From: an uncultured bacterium
Lineage (GTDB): Bacteria > Chloroflexota > UBA5177 > JANWHV01
DNA length: 64,000 nucleotides
Assembly (NCBI GenBank): GCA_963729625.1
Contig: CAVSOU010000007.1
Location: 192,001 to 256,000, forward strand
Direction of reading: 5' to 3'
The translations under genes and the position numbers were made by a program. The notes beneath the pieces were generated by a model. It had not been told where the DNA came from. It saw nothing but the letters and a program-made list of their open reading frames with translations, and ran no database searches. Of this stretch, positions 19,453 through 29,265 are shown piece after piece. Each line of letters starts with the position of its first letter. Within the stretch, counting starts at the first letter, position 1.

Positions 19453-19955
19453 TGCCGATCACGCATCTTGACGACGAAGGCCGTGCACGCATGGTCGACG
19501 TATCATCGAAGCGGGTATCCATACGACAAGCTACGGCCCAGGCCACGGTGAAGCTCGGCGCGGTCGCGGCGAAAGCCGTGCGTGATGGCGCGGTAGTGAA
19601 GGGAGACGTGCTCGCGGTGGCGCAAGTCGCGGGAGTGATGGGCGCGAAGGCGACGCCGTCGCTCATCCCGCTCTGCCATCCGCTTCCGCTGTCAGGTGTG
19701 TCGATGACGTTTGGTTGGGACGGCGACGATCTTCGCATACGGGCAACGGCGCGTACAACAGCACAGACCGGTGTAGAGATGGAAGCGCTCACCGCCGTCT
19801 CGGTCGCTGCGCTGACCGTCTACGACATGGTCAAGGCAATTGAGCGCGGCGTACGTATCTCCGACATCTTGCTGCTGCACAAGAGCGGGGGGAAGAGTGG
19901 AGAATGGCGCTCGGGCCAGTCCGAGGCAACCCCCGAGGCGACCGCGGAACCGTAA
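19452..19955 (+). CDS. moaC: Cyclic pyranopterin monophosphate synthase
   Basis: THLD..G.ARMVDV, LIPLCHP, TGVEMEALT, YDMVKA, KSGGKSG. Confidence 0.96.
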   Translation: MPITHLDDEGRARMVDVSSKRVSIRQATAQATVKLGAVAAKAVRDGAVVKGDVLAVAQVAGVMGAKATPSLIPLCHPLPLSGVSMTFGWDGDDLRIRATARTTAQTGVEMEALTAVSVAALTVYDMVKAIERGVRISDILLLHKSGGKSGEWRSGQSEATPEATAEP

Positions 19956-19979
19956 TTCCCAGCGCAGGCGCGGATCGGC

Positions 19980-20273
19980 CTAGAGCTCGTCGACCGTCTT
20001 CTCAAGTCGCTTAAGCCCGTCCTTCAGAACGGTCTTGAGCTCCTTGAGCGCTTGTTCGGCAACGTTATCCAACAGGCCTTCGATCAGACTCTGGCTCCGC
20101 GCGGCGACTTCCACGCCAGCCTTTGCCGCGCCTTCCGAAGCGGCCCCAGGCACGGCCGTCAGCTCGGCCTGCACGCTCTTGAGCTTGCCGGCCCGACTGC
20201 GACGATACACGATAATCGCGGCTACCAGTCCGCCAAACAGTGCCATTCTGGGTAGCAAGTCCTCAGTATCCAT
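19980..20273 (-). CDS. Small hypothetical protein with N-terminal membrane anchor
   Basis: AGGAG SD; hydrophobic segment then amphipathic helix. Confidence 0.6.
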   Translation of the reverse strand: MDTEDLLPRMALFGGLVAAIIVYRRSRAGKLKSVQAELTAVPGAASEGAAKAGVEVAARSQSLIEGLLDNVAEQALKELKTVLKDGLKRLEKTVDEL

Positions 20274-20410
20274 CACGCTGACTCCTAATCGCCTTCGCAT
20301 CCGGCAGCTCGTCTCTTGAAATAGGCTTACATCATGCCGATTCGATACCTGGTATGTGTTCAGTGTAGCACGGGTCTTCCTACACTACTGTGAGAAGGAG
20401 ACATGCATCA

Positions 20411-20968
20411 ATGGACGCTCAAACCGAATGGGAACGTCTCAACGCGGTCATCCGAGACCGCGCACTACGCTACGGCGATTTCGTCTTGCGCTCAGGCGCG
20501 CGCAGCTCGTTTTACCTCGACTGTCGTCAGGTGACACTCGACTCCGAAGGCGCTTACCTGGTTGCGTCGCTGATGCTCAATCGGATGGAAGGGCTCGTGG
20601 CACAGGCTGTGGGCGGTCCCGCGCTCGGCGCGGTGCCGATCGTGGGCGCTATGTGCGCGCTCGCACATGTACGGGGCCGTCCCCTTTCCGGCTTCATCGT
20701 CCGCAAGGAGGCCAAGGATCATGGAATGGGGAGTCTCATCGAAGGCACGCTCCGTCCTGGATCGCGGGTAGTGTTGGTCGAAGACACCGTGACAACAGGC
20801 GGTGAGCTTCTGCGCGCAACAGAGGCCCTTCGCGAACGCGAGTGTGAGATTGCGCTGGCGATGTGGATCGTCGACCGCGGCGCCGGCGCTCTCCAGCTGA
20901 TGCGCGACCAGGGGATTCCGGCCGAGGCGCTCTACACCTTGGATGACCTTGGGGTAGAGCGGGACTAA
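20411..20968 (+). CDS. pyrE: Orotate phosphoribosyltransferase
   Basis: GDFVLRSG..S.FYLD, VRKEAKDHG, VEDTVTTG. Confidence 0.95.
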   Translation: MDAQTEWERLNAVIRDRALRYGDFVLRSGARSSFYLDCRQVTLDSEGAYLVASLMLNRMEGLVAQAVGGPALGAVPIVGAMCALAHVRGRPLSGFIVRKEAKDHGMGSLIEGTLRPGSRVVLVEDTVTTGGELLRATEALRERECEIALAMWIVDRGAGALQLMRDQGIPAEALYTLDDLGVERD

Positions 20969-21426
20969 AGCTCGCTGGCCCCGTCCCGGCCGGATTCCGG
21001 CGTGACTACTGCCATACACCTTCGAGTTGAGGATGCAGCCTCATCTGCCCGCATCGCGGCGGACCCATCTGCCGCATCTGTGCCATCTGCGTTTCTGGAC
21101 CACCTCCCAACGCACCGGCTCTCCCGGCATGGGCGGCCGGACCGTTCCGCCCACCCCGATGCAACTCGGTAATGCGAGTACCGTGCGGCCGGGAGCCAAC
21201 GGCCGCGTCCTCACCGCTTCAACTTTGACCGCGCGCACCCGCGTTCATTGCCCGGCATTTTGAGCACAGGTACACTGAGTCATGCCGGCCCGTCCGACCG
21301 CGGATGGGCCTTGGTCTCATTCCGCGGGCGAAGAGTTGTCGTCATCGCCGCGGTGTTTCGTGAGCTGTATCGTCGCGTGGCCATCTGCGGCCGCGCCTTC
21401 CGCGTGAGTCCTCTCAGGAGCAGAGC

Positions 21427-22821
21427 ATGAGCCAGCCCCGTACTATCGGTGAATTGCGTGCCAGCGGCTACAAGGTTCAGCCAATCAAACAGGAGATGCG
21501 CCGCAACCTGATCGCCAAGATCAAGGCCGGTGAAGAGCTGTTCCCCGGCGTCGTCGGATACGACTCGACAGTCATTCCACAGATCGAGAATGCGATACTT
21601 TCAGGCCAGGACATTGTCCTCCTGGGGGAGCGCGGGCAAGCAAAAACGCGAATCGCGCGCAGCCTGATCAATCTGCTTGACGAAAGCGTGCCGGCGATTA
21701 GCGGGTGTGAGATAAACGACAACCCGTTCGAACCGGTTTGCGCGGCATGTCGGCTGCGCGTGGCTGAGCAAGGGGAAGATGTACCTGTCGTGTGGGTCTC
21801 ACGCGAAGCACGCTACGGCGAGAAGCTTGCAACGCCTGACATCACCATTGCAGACCTTATCGGCGAAATAGATCCGATCAAAGTTGCAGAAGGTCGCTAT
21901 CTGTCAGACGAAATGACGATCGCCTACGGCCTGGTGCCCCGAACAAATCGTGGCATCTTCTGCATCAACGAGCTGCCCGATCTGGCAGAGCGCATTCAAG
22001 TGGGTCTGCTGAACATCATGGAGGAACGTGATGTTCAGATCCGTGGCTACAAAGTGCGACTCCCGTTGGACGTCTACGTGGTCGCGAGCGCCAACCCCGA
22101 AGACTACACCAATCGTGGACGCATCATCACGCCGCTTAAGGACAGGATCGGCTCGGAGATCCGCACACATTACCCGCGCACGATCGAGCATGAGATCGCC
22201 ATCATGGAGCAAGAAGCCTCGCCGGCCTTTGCCGAGGATATGGACGTGGCGTTCCCACGCTATATGAAAGAGATAATCGCCGAGATCACGCATATGGCGC
22301 GGAAGCACAGCGAAATATCGAAACGCTCGGGCGTGAGCGTCCGCGTATCAATCTGCAATTACGAGAATGTACTCAGCAACGCCATCCGGCGCGCTGTCCG
22401 CCTCAGCGAGAGGCAGGCCGCGCCCCGTATCAGCGACCTTCCGGCGGTGATCGCGTCGACCGCGGGAAAGATCGAGCTCGAGACCGTTGGCGAGGCAAGC
22501 GAGGAACGCATCATCGAACGGATCATCCAGGGCGCAATCGTGAACGTCTTCAACCGCTACTTCCTGATCCAGGAGTTCGACGAGCTCCTGGCGAACTTCG
22601 ACCGCGGCTTCGGCGTGGACACCAGTGACGGCATGCCCGCCATGCAGTACGTCCAGCAGGTATCGGAGGTGCGCGGTCTGCGTTCAGCCGTCGGAAAGCT
22701 GAACGCCCAGGGCAACCCCGCAAGCGCGGCATCCGCGGTGGAGTTCGTGCTCGAGGGAATTCACTTGAACCGCAAGCTTAATAAAGATCGCAAACCGGGG
22801 GGAATCCGCTATAGCAAGTAA
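21427..22821 (+). CDS. AAA+ ATPase of the ChlI/MoxR-related family
   Basis: Walker A variant GERGQAKT, Walker B variant FCINELPDL, ANPEDYTNRGRIITPLKDR. Confidence 0.9.
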   Translation: MSQPRTIGELRASGYKVQPIKQEMRRNLIAKIKAGEELFPGVVGYDSTVIPQIENAILSGQDIVLLGERGQAKTRIARSLINLLDESVPAISGCEINDNPFEPVCAACRLRVAEQGEDVPVVWVSREARYGEKLATPDITIADLIGEIDPIKVAEGRYLSDEMTIAYGLVPRTNRGIFCINELPDLAERIQVGLLNIMEERDVQIRGYKVRLPLDVYVVASANPEDYTNRGRIITPLKDRIGSEIRTHYPRTIEHEIAIMEQEASPAFAEDMDVAFPRYMKEIIAEITHMARKHSEISKRSGVSVRVSICNYENVLSNAIRRAVRLSERQAAPRISDLPAVIASTAGKIELETVGEASEERIIERIIQGAIVNVFNRYFLIQEFDELLANFDRGFGVDTSDGMPAMQYVQQVSEVRGLRSAVGKLNAQGNPASAASAVEFVLEGIHLNRKLNKDRKPGGIRYSK

Positions 22822-22905
22822 CGGAACCCTGGGAGGGACTGTGACATCGTTACGGAGGCGAAGCACGATGCCTCCTTCACGCGGGCTAACAGGCACGAGG
22901 TCGCC

Positions 22906-24939
22906 ATGAACCTGAACAGTGACTACCGTTACTCAGAGTGGGACAACAGCCAGCAGATCGATCCGTTTGACGCGAACGAGCTGATCAACGCGTTGTCGGA
23001 TGAGCTGCTTGACGACGGTGACCTGCAGCGCGCGCTGCAGCGGCTTTATCGCCTTGGCGACCAGGGCCGGCTCGGCGACCGGCTCGATGGCATGAAACAG
23101 CTCATCGAGCGGCTTCGACAACAGCGGCAAGCTACGCTCAGCCGCCATAACCTGAGCTCGATAATGGACGACCTGAAGGCTCAGCTGAACGACATCGTCG
23201 ACACCGAGCGGCGCGGGATCGAGCGGCGCGTGGTCGAAAGCAAGCAGCCACCTCCAGCAGGGAGCGAGCAAACCTCGGCGGACGATAACGAGGCACTGCG
23301 CAAAATGCTCGACAGTATGGCCGCCAGGAAGCGCGACTACCTCGACGCGCTGCCGGAAAGCGTGCCACAGCGGTTTCAGTCGCTCTCGCAGTACGACTTC
23401 ATGGACAACGAGGCGCGCGACAAGTTCAATGCTCTCCGCCAGAAACTCCAGCAGCAGGTAATGCAATCCTACTTCAAGGGCATGCAGCAGGCCATACAGA
23501 GCATCACGCCGGAAGACCTTCAGCGAACCCGCCAAATGGTGCAAGACCTGAACCAGATGCTCGAGGATCGTCTCCAGGGCCGCGAGCCGAAGTTCGATGA
23601 GTTCATGGAGAAGTATGGCGACATGTTCCCAGGCGTCAACAACCTGGATGAGCTCCTCGAGCAGATGCAGCAGCGCATGGCCGCCATGCAGGCGCTGATG
23701 GACAGCATGTCGCCGGAAATGCGCGACCAGCTCCAGCAGATGATGGATAGCCTGATCGGCGACGACCGGCTGCGGGCCGATCTTGCTCGCCTTGCCCTCA
23801 ATCTGAATCAGATGTTCCCCAATCAACAGGGACGCCGCGGATATCCCTTCCGGGGAGACGAGCCGCTGTCCATGGTTGAGGCCATGGCCATGATGGAGCG
23901 TCTCCAGGCGATGGACGATCTCGAGGCCCAGATGCGTGCCGCGCAGACAGGGGATGGGATCGACGATATCGATCCGAACAAGGTGCGCGGCGTACTGGGC
24001 GAGGAGGAGGCGCGCCAGCTGGAGCAGCTTCAGCAGCTAACCAAGATGCTCGAAGAAGCCGGGTTCGTCAAGAAGACTGAAAAAGGGTACGAGCTTACAG
24101 CGCATGGCATCCGCAAGATCGGACAGAAGGCCCTTCGCGATGTCTTCGGCCGGCTCAAGCGTGACAGCTTCGGCAGCCATGCCACGCAATTCCGCGGCGG
24201 AGGTGGCGAGCAGATTGACGAGACCAAGCGCTATGTATTCGGCGATCCGTTCCTGCTTGATATCCAGAAAACCGCCATGAACGCGGTCGAACGGCAGGGA
24301 CGAGGCACTCCTGTGAGGCTCGCGCCTGAGGACTTCGAAGTATATCGAACTGAGCTTCTCACGCAGTCGGCGACCGTGTTGATGCTGGATATGAGTCGAT
24401 CGATGTTTCTTAACGGGTGCTTCTCAGCGGCCAAGAAAGTCGCCATCGCACTGCACAGCCTTATCAAAGGGCAGTATCCACGCGACTCCCTGCAGATCAT
24501 CGGCTTCTCGTACCTGGCTCAGCCAATCAAGCCGGAAGACCTGCCCGGGATAAGCTGGGACGATCACAATTATGGAACGAATCTCCAGCATGCCTTGATT
24601 CTTGGCAGGCAGTACCTCGCGCGAAGCAAGGCGCGCAACCGGCAGATCATCGTGATCACAGACGGGGAGCCGACGACTCATCTCGAGGGCGGGCATCCGA
24701 TGTTCAATTATCCGCCCACATATCGGACAATTCAGGAAACGCTTCGCGAGGTCGTTCGCTGCACCCGCGACCAGATAGTGATCAACACCTTCATGCTCGA
24801 GAGCGGATACTATTTGACCGATTTCGTCGGCCAGATGACCAAGTTGAACCGCGGTCGCGCGTTCTTTGCTACCCCGGAAAACCTTGGCGAGTATATCCTG
24901 GTCGACTACGTCGCGAACAAGCAGAAGAAGGTGAGCTAA
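22906..24939 (+). CDS. VWA-domain partner protein with long helical N-terminus
   Basis: MIDAS DMSRS, GTN, TDGEP; follows the AAA ATPase. Confidence 0.9.
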   Translation: MNLNSDYRYSEWDNSQQIDPFDANELINALSDELLDDGDLQRALQRLYRLGDQGRLGDRLDGMKQLIERLRQQRQATLSRHNLSSIMDDLKAQLNDIVDTERRGIERRVVESKQPPPAGSEQTSADDNEALRKMLDSMAARKRDYLDALPESVPQRFQSLSQYDFMDNEARDKFNALRQKLQQQVMQSYFKGMQQAIQSITPEDLQRTRQMVQDLNQMLEDRLQGREPKFDEFMEKYGDMFPGVNNLDELLEQMQQRMAAMQALMDSMSPEMRDQLQQMMDSLIGDDRLRADLARLALNLNQMFPNQQGRRGYPFRGDEPLSMVEAMAMMERLQAMDDLEAQMRAAQTGDGIDDIDPNKVRGVLGEEEARQLEQLQQLTKMLEEAGFVKKTEKGYELTAHGIRKIGQKALRDVFGRLKRDSFGSHATQFRGGGGEQIDETKRYVFGDPFLLDIQKTAMNAVERQGRGTPVRLAPEDFEVYRTELLTQSATVLMLDMSRSMFLNGCFSAAKKVAIALHSLIKGQYPRDSLQIIGFSYLAQPIKPEDLPGISWDDHNYGTNLQHALILGRQYLARSKARNRQIIVITDGEPTTHLEGGHPMFNYPPTYRTIQETLREVVRCTRDQIVINTFMLESGYYLTDFVGQMTKLNRGRAFFATPENLGEYILVDYVANKQKKVS

Positions 24940-25052
24940 AGTCAGCCACCGCCTGACCAGCTGGCCGCTTGGTGCACGGCAGGCGGTTCGTCTCCGCGCG
25001 GCACATGGCATGTTGGATCGAGAACGCCGATGTGCCGCGCGACATCGCCGCT

Positions 25053-25988
25053 TCAGGAGTCCTGCTGGTACAGGAAGGTGGATAGGTAGCGCTCTCCGCT
25101 GTCGGGCAACAGCACGACAATCGTCTTGCCGGCGTTCTCCGGACGCTTCGCCACCTCGAGCGCGGCATGAGCGGCCGCGCCGCTCGAGATTCCCGTAAGG
25201 ATGCCCTCCTCGACCGCAAGGCGCCTTGCCGCCGCCGTCGCCTCGGCAACGCTGACCGGAAGCACCTCATCGATGACGGAACGGTTGAGAATTTCTGGGA
25301 CAAACGGTACGCCTATGCCCTGTATCTTGTGTGGACCCGGCGTGCCCCCGGAGAGAAGAGGTGATTCGGCCGGCTCCACCGCCACGATTCTCAGGTCAGG
25401 TTTTCGCGGCTTGAGCACTTCTCCCACGCCGGTGATCGTGCCTCCGGTACCGATGCCTGCGACGAAGATGTCTACCGCGCCCTCAGTATCGTTCCAGATC
25501 TCCTCGGCCGTCGTCTCGCGGTGGATCTTCGGGTTGGCCGGATTCTCGAATTGCATCGGGATGAAGGAGTTGGGGGTCGACTCTGCCAGCTCCGCCGCTT
25601 TCGCTATCGCGCCAGGCATGCCGTTGGCGCCTGGAGTCAGCACGAGCTCCGCGCCTCGCGCCTTCAGCAACTGGCGACGCTCGACGCTCATCGTTTCAGG
25701 CATCGTGAGGATCAGCCTGTAGCCCTTCGCCGCTGCCACGAACGACAGCGCAATGCCCGTGTTACCGCTGGTTGGCTCGATAATCGTCGTCTTGCCGGGA
25801 CTGATGAGGCCCTGGCGCTCGGCCTCGGCGATCATGCTCACTCCAATGCGGTCCTTGACACTTCCACCCGGACCGAAATACTCCAGCTTCGCGAGCACCC
25901 GCGCCTGTGATCCATCCGTTACACGGTTCAGCCGCACCAGCGGGGTTTGTCCCACCGTCTCCGACAGATCGTTGTAAATCCTGCCCAT
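25053..25988 (-). CDS. cysK: Cysteine synthase A
   Basis: PGGSVKDR (PLP Lys), [31 protein letters not shown]. Confidence 0.97.
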   Translation of the reverse strand: MGRIYNDLSETVGQTPLVRLNRVTDGSQARVLAKLEYFGPGGSVKDRIGVSMIAEAERQGLISPGKTTIIEPTSGNTGIALSFVAAAKGYRLILTMPETMSVERRQLLKARGAELVLTPGANGMPGAIAKAAELAESTPNSFIPMQFENPANPKIHRETTAEEIWNDTEGAVDIFVAGIGTGGTITGVGEVLKPRKPDLRIVAVEPAESPLLSGGTPGPHKIQGIGVPFVPEILNRSVIDEVLPVSVAEATAAARRLAVEEGILTGISSGAAAHAALEVAKRPENAGKTIVVLLPDSGERYLSTFLYQQDS

Positions 25989-26046
25989 TTCGCGTCCCCT
26001 GATTATAAAGGCTATCGAGTTACTTGACATTATCTCGATCAAGAAG

Positions 26047-26075
26047 AGGTTAACACACGACAATCTGTGCGTCAA
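26047..26075 (-). promoter_or_regulatory. Sigma70-type promoter for cysK
   Basis: Minus strand TTGACG-N17-TAACCT. Confidence 0.6.
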
Positions 26076-26124
26076 AACATGAAGCGATCGCGCGTTTCAG
26101 GTGCGCTCGAGCCCGCTGTTTCGT

Positions 26125-26153
26125 TTGACAACGTGGACGATGATCCGTACGCT
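26125..26153 (+). promoter_or_regulatory. Sigma70-type promoter for tRNA-Glu
   Basis: TTGACA-N17-TACGCT about 20 nt upstream of the tRNA. Confidence 0.65.
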
Positions 26154-26172
26154 GACTGAGTGCTTTCGGCAC

Positions 26173-26248
26173 GGCCCGGTCGTCTAGCGGCCTAGGACAT
26201 CGCCCTTTCAAGGCGGAGATCACGGGTTCGAATCCCGTCCGGGCTACC
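26173..26248 (+). tRNA. tRNA-Glu(TTC)
   Basis: Acceptor GGCCCGG/CCGGGCT, anticodon loop CTTTCAA, T-arm GGTTCGAATCC. Confidence 0.96.
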
Positions 26249-26257
26249 TCGCCCCGC

Positions 26258-26716
26258 CTACCATTCAGCCAGGAGCGCCTCGAGACCCGTTCGCAGCGAC
26301 TGCAGTTGCTCGCCCGAGAGCTTTGTCAGCCGCTCGTGGATCCGCGCAGCTCGACCTTCATACAGGGAGGCCAGGGTCGCTTCGCCCTTCGGCGTGAGCC
26401 GGCTGACGACAAGCCTTCGATCGCCCGCATCGTCTTCTCTGCAAACGAAGCCGGCCTCAACCAACCGGTCGAGGATGCCCGTTACATTCGATACGTGGAT
26501 GCCGAGGTTCTCGGCCAGTACACCCATGCGAGCACGGCCCACTTGCCACAAGAAGAGCATCGCCTTGAACTGCGCCATCGTAATGTCCAGACTCATCCAC
26601 GCCTGCAGTTCCACCAACGAGAACAGCCGGACCAACGTGGCAAACTGCTCCCGGACCTGCTCGGCAAGGTCAGGCGCCCCGACGACCACCGATGATTGAT
26701 CCGCGCTCTGAGTCAC
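26258..26716 (-). CDS. MarR family transcriptional regulator
   Basis: ITMAQF, LAENLGIHVSNVTGILDRLVEAGFV, DRR, LTPKG. Confidence 0.92.
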   Translation of the reverse strand: MTQSADQSSVVVGAPDLAEQVREQFATLVRLFSLVELQAWMSLDITMAQFKAMLFLWQVGRARMGVLAENLGIHVSNVTGILDRLVEAGFVCREDDAGDRRLVVSRLTPKGEATLASLYEGRAARIHERLTKLSGEQLQSLRTGLEALLAEW

Positions 26717-27057
26717 TGCGACCTCAAGAGACCAATGCGCTGCTTTCTGGCAGGATGATACGTGCCAAGTTTCTCGTGCGTCAAGCCTGCGGCCGGCGCA
26801 AGGCTTACATGTTCGCTGGCTTGCCACGTGCTATAACGTGCCCCGCGGCCAGGTGCACTGCGAGTCGGCTGCCATACTGGCAGTGCCCGCCCGCTCGTCC
26901 GCCGCGGCCAATCGTCTCCCCCCATTTGTCCCGGTAGCCCTGTCTAAGGACTGCTGCGAAGCGCTACCTTTTCGAGTAGACTTGCTCACATGGGAACCCT
27001 ACGAACCGTCGATGCCGCGTGCCGCACAAGCTGGAATCCTCGATGTCGTAATTCTTC

Positions 27058-29265
27058 ATGAGCTTGGAACCCAGAAGAGTGGCCTTGACCGGTTCTGCAG
27101 CTTCGCCTTCGAACCCTGCTCTGGCGGCCGGGCTGTTCGCCAGGTATCGCGTGCATGTCTGTGCGGCGTCCGTGGCGCTGTTCGTTCTCGCGCTGCACCT
27201 CGTGCTGACGCACATGAGCGCGTATTCGGCAACCCCGCTGTGGGGCGCCGAGCTCCTGTTCAACATCCTGCTCAATGTGGCCTTCCTGGCAATTTCCCTG
27301 GCATTTGGCCAACGACTGGCTGGGCCCCTAACCCACTGCGCGAGCTCACCGATCGTCGATACGTTGTCGGTACTCGCGCTCGGCTTCGGAGCGCTCAGCT
27401 TGAGCATTCTCGCGATCGGACTCCTGCACGTGCTCTACTGGCCGGTCATCGCGGCGGCGGCGCTCGCGCTCGTCGCGTGGCTACGAAGCGAATTGCTGTC
27501 ACTGTGGTGCGCAGTCGCGCGCGGGACCTGGCTATGCCGGCTACGAGCCCAAGCTCAATCAGCGCTCAGCCCCGGCATGAAGATCCCGGCAATCATTGTT
27601 GCCGGGGCGATCCTCTTCGCGTTTCTCCGCAACGCCGTGCCCCTGGTCGGGGATGAGCAGGATTACGACGGCGTCAGTTATCACGTGGTCGCTCCAAAAT
27701 TGTATCTTGCCGCCCACCACATCTTTCCCGTTCCCGACATCCCGCTTGCCAATGCTCCATCGGCGACAGAGATGTTCTCGATCCTGGGACTTCTGGCCGG
27801 CACCGACATGCAGATGAAGGTCTTGAATCTCTGCTTTTCGCTGCTGCTCGGCATCGCCGTATTCGACTTCACGAGACGGCACCTGCGGGCAGACGCGGCG
27901 GCGCTCGCCGTCATCCTGCTGTACTTGCCGCTCTGGATCGTGAACTTGATGTCGTGCACGCTGCCGGACTTCGCTGCGGCGTTCTTTGCCGTGCTCTCCC
28001 TTGACTCCATGGCCACGTGGCTCGAACGCGCTTCCGGCGAGACGTCGGCTCGCGAAAACAGTCCTCGAACGGTGTGGAGCGGCGGCCGGCGAGAGTGGTT
28101 GCTGCCGCGCGCCGGATTGTTGGCCGGATTCGCGGTCAGTTGCAAGCTTACAACAGCGCCGTTGCTGCCTTCCGCGGTGCTGGCGCTGGGCGGCGCCTGC
28201 CTGACCCTTGAGTGTCCTGGCATGCTCCAGCGTCTGCGGTACGCCATCGGGGCGTGCCTCCAGGTGTGTGTATTCGCGGTCCTTCCGCTCGCGCCCTGGT
28301 TTCTCAAGAATGTCGCCTTCTTCGGCAGCCCGTTGTATCCAGTCGGCCAGCTCGTCAATGGAGCCGACTGCACCGGCGGCGTGGAAGTGTGCGCCCCGGC
28401 TGCTGCTGTCGCCAGTAGCCCATTGCCGTCAATCGTGCAGAGCGTATGGCATCCGCTCTTCAACGTAGTGAGCACGTACTGGAACTATAGCGGACCGCTC
28501 AGTGCCTGCATCCTCATCGCGGCATGTGTGTTCCGGAGTGCGCCGGCGCGATTCTGCGTCATGTTCCTGCTCTTCGGCGCCGTCATCTGGTTGAAAGTCG
28601 AGCCGCTCTTCAACCCGCCGAGGTACTGGCTGCCGATGCTCTGCATCAGCTTCTGCCTCTCGAGCGCGGCCATAAACTGGACGCTCGAGCAGCTTGGCTC
28701 AAGGCTGCGATGGACCCTGCGCCTGTTCGGAGAGCCGCATGGCATTGGCGAAGTGGTTCTCGTTATGTACCTGGCGATTGCCTCGCTCTGGCTTCTCATC
28801 ATCTCTATCGGTTTGGCCCAGCGCGCGAGCGCCTTCGATCTGCTCTCGGGCGGGCTTTCGCGCCACGAGTTTCTGGTGCAGAGGGTCCGCCCATATAGCG
28901 CTATGGACTGGGTCAACGCGCATGTCGGGTCGACGACCGAGGTCGTGACTGTCAACACAAGCCTCGGATATTACCTTCAGGAACCATACCTGAGCGACTG
29001 GTTCGGTACGAGATCGGCCCGGCTGCAGGCAGGAGGGACGCAACGTAAGGCCGAGTTCTCTGAATGGTGCGCCGCGAACGTCCGTGCTGTGGTCTTGAAC
29101 CGCGGCCTGCACGAGTACAACTCAGACTCGGCGGCGGAGATACAGCCTCGCGCATCTATTGCCTGGCTCCGAACCCCAGGTCTTGGCGCCCGCCTGCTGT
29201 TCACGTGGCGCGGCGTCGACGTCATTGCGGTTCATCCGTGCGACACGCTCTCGCGCCCAAGGTGA
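27058..29265 (+). CDS. Polytopic membrane protein, GT-C-like glycosyltransferase paralog 1
   Basis: Many TM segments; DYDGVSYH..PKLYL, PWFLKN..FGSPLYP, PRY; soluble C-terminal domain. Confidence 0.75.
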   Translation: MSLEPRRVALTGSAASPSNPALAAGLFARYRVHVCAASVALFVLALHLVLTHMSAYSATPLWGAELLFNILLNVAFLAISLAFGQRLAGPLTHCASSPIVDTLSVLALGFGALSLSILAIGLLHVLYWPVIAAAALALVAWLRSELLSLWCAVARGTWLCRLRAQAQSALSPGMKIPAIIVAGAILFAFLRNAVPLVGDEQDYDGVSYHVVAPKLYLAAHHIFPVPDIPLANAPSATEMFSILGLLAGTDMQMKVLNLCFSLLLGIAVFDFTRRHLRADAAALAVILLYLPLWIVNLMSCTLPDFAAAFFAVLSLDSMATWLERASGETSARENSPRTVWSGGRREWLLPRAGLLAGFAVSCKLTTAPLLPSAVLALGGACLTLECPGMLQRLRYAIGACLQVCVFAVLPLAPWFLKNVAFFGSPLYPVGQLVNGADCTGGVEVCAPAAAVASSPLPSIVQSVWHPLFNVVSTYWNYSGPLSACILIAACVFRSAPARFCVMFLLFGAVIWLKVEPLFNPPRYWLPMLCISFCLSSAAINWTLEQLGSRLRWTLRLFGEPHGIGEVVLVMYLAIASLWLLIISIGLAQRASAFDLLSGGLSRHEFLVQRVRPYSAMDWVNAHVGSTTEVVTVNTSLGYYLQEPYLSDWFGTRSARLQAGGTQRKAEFSEWCAANVRAVVLNRGLHEYNSDSAAEIQPRASIAWLRTPGLGARLLFTWRGVDVIAVHPCDTLSRPR

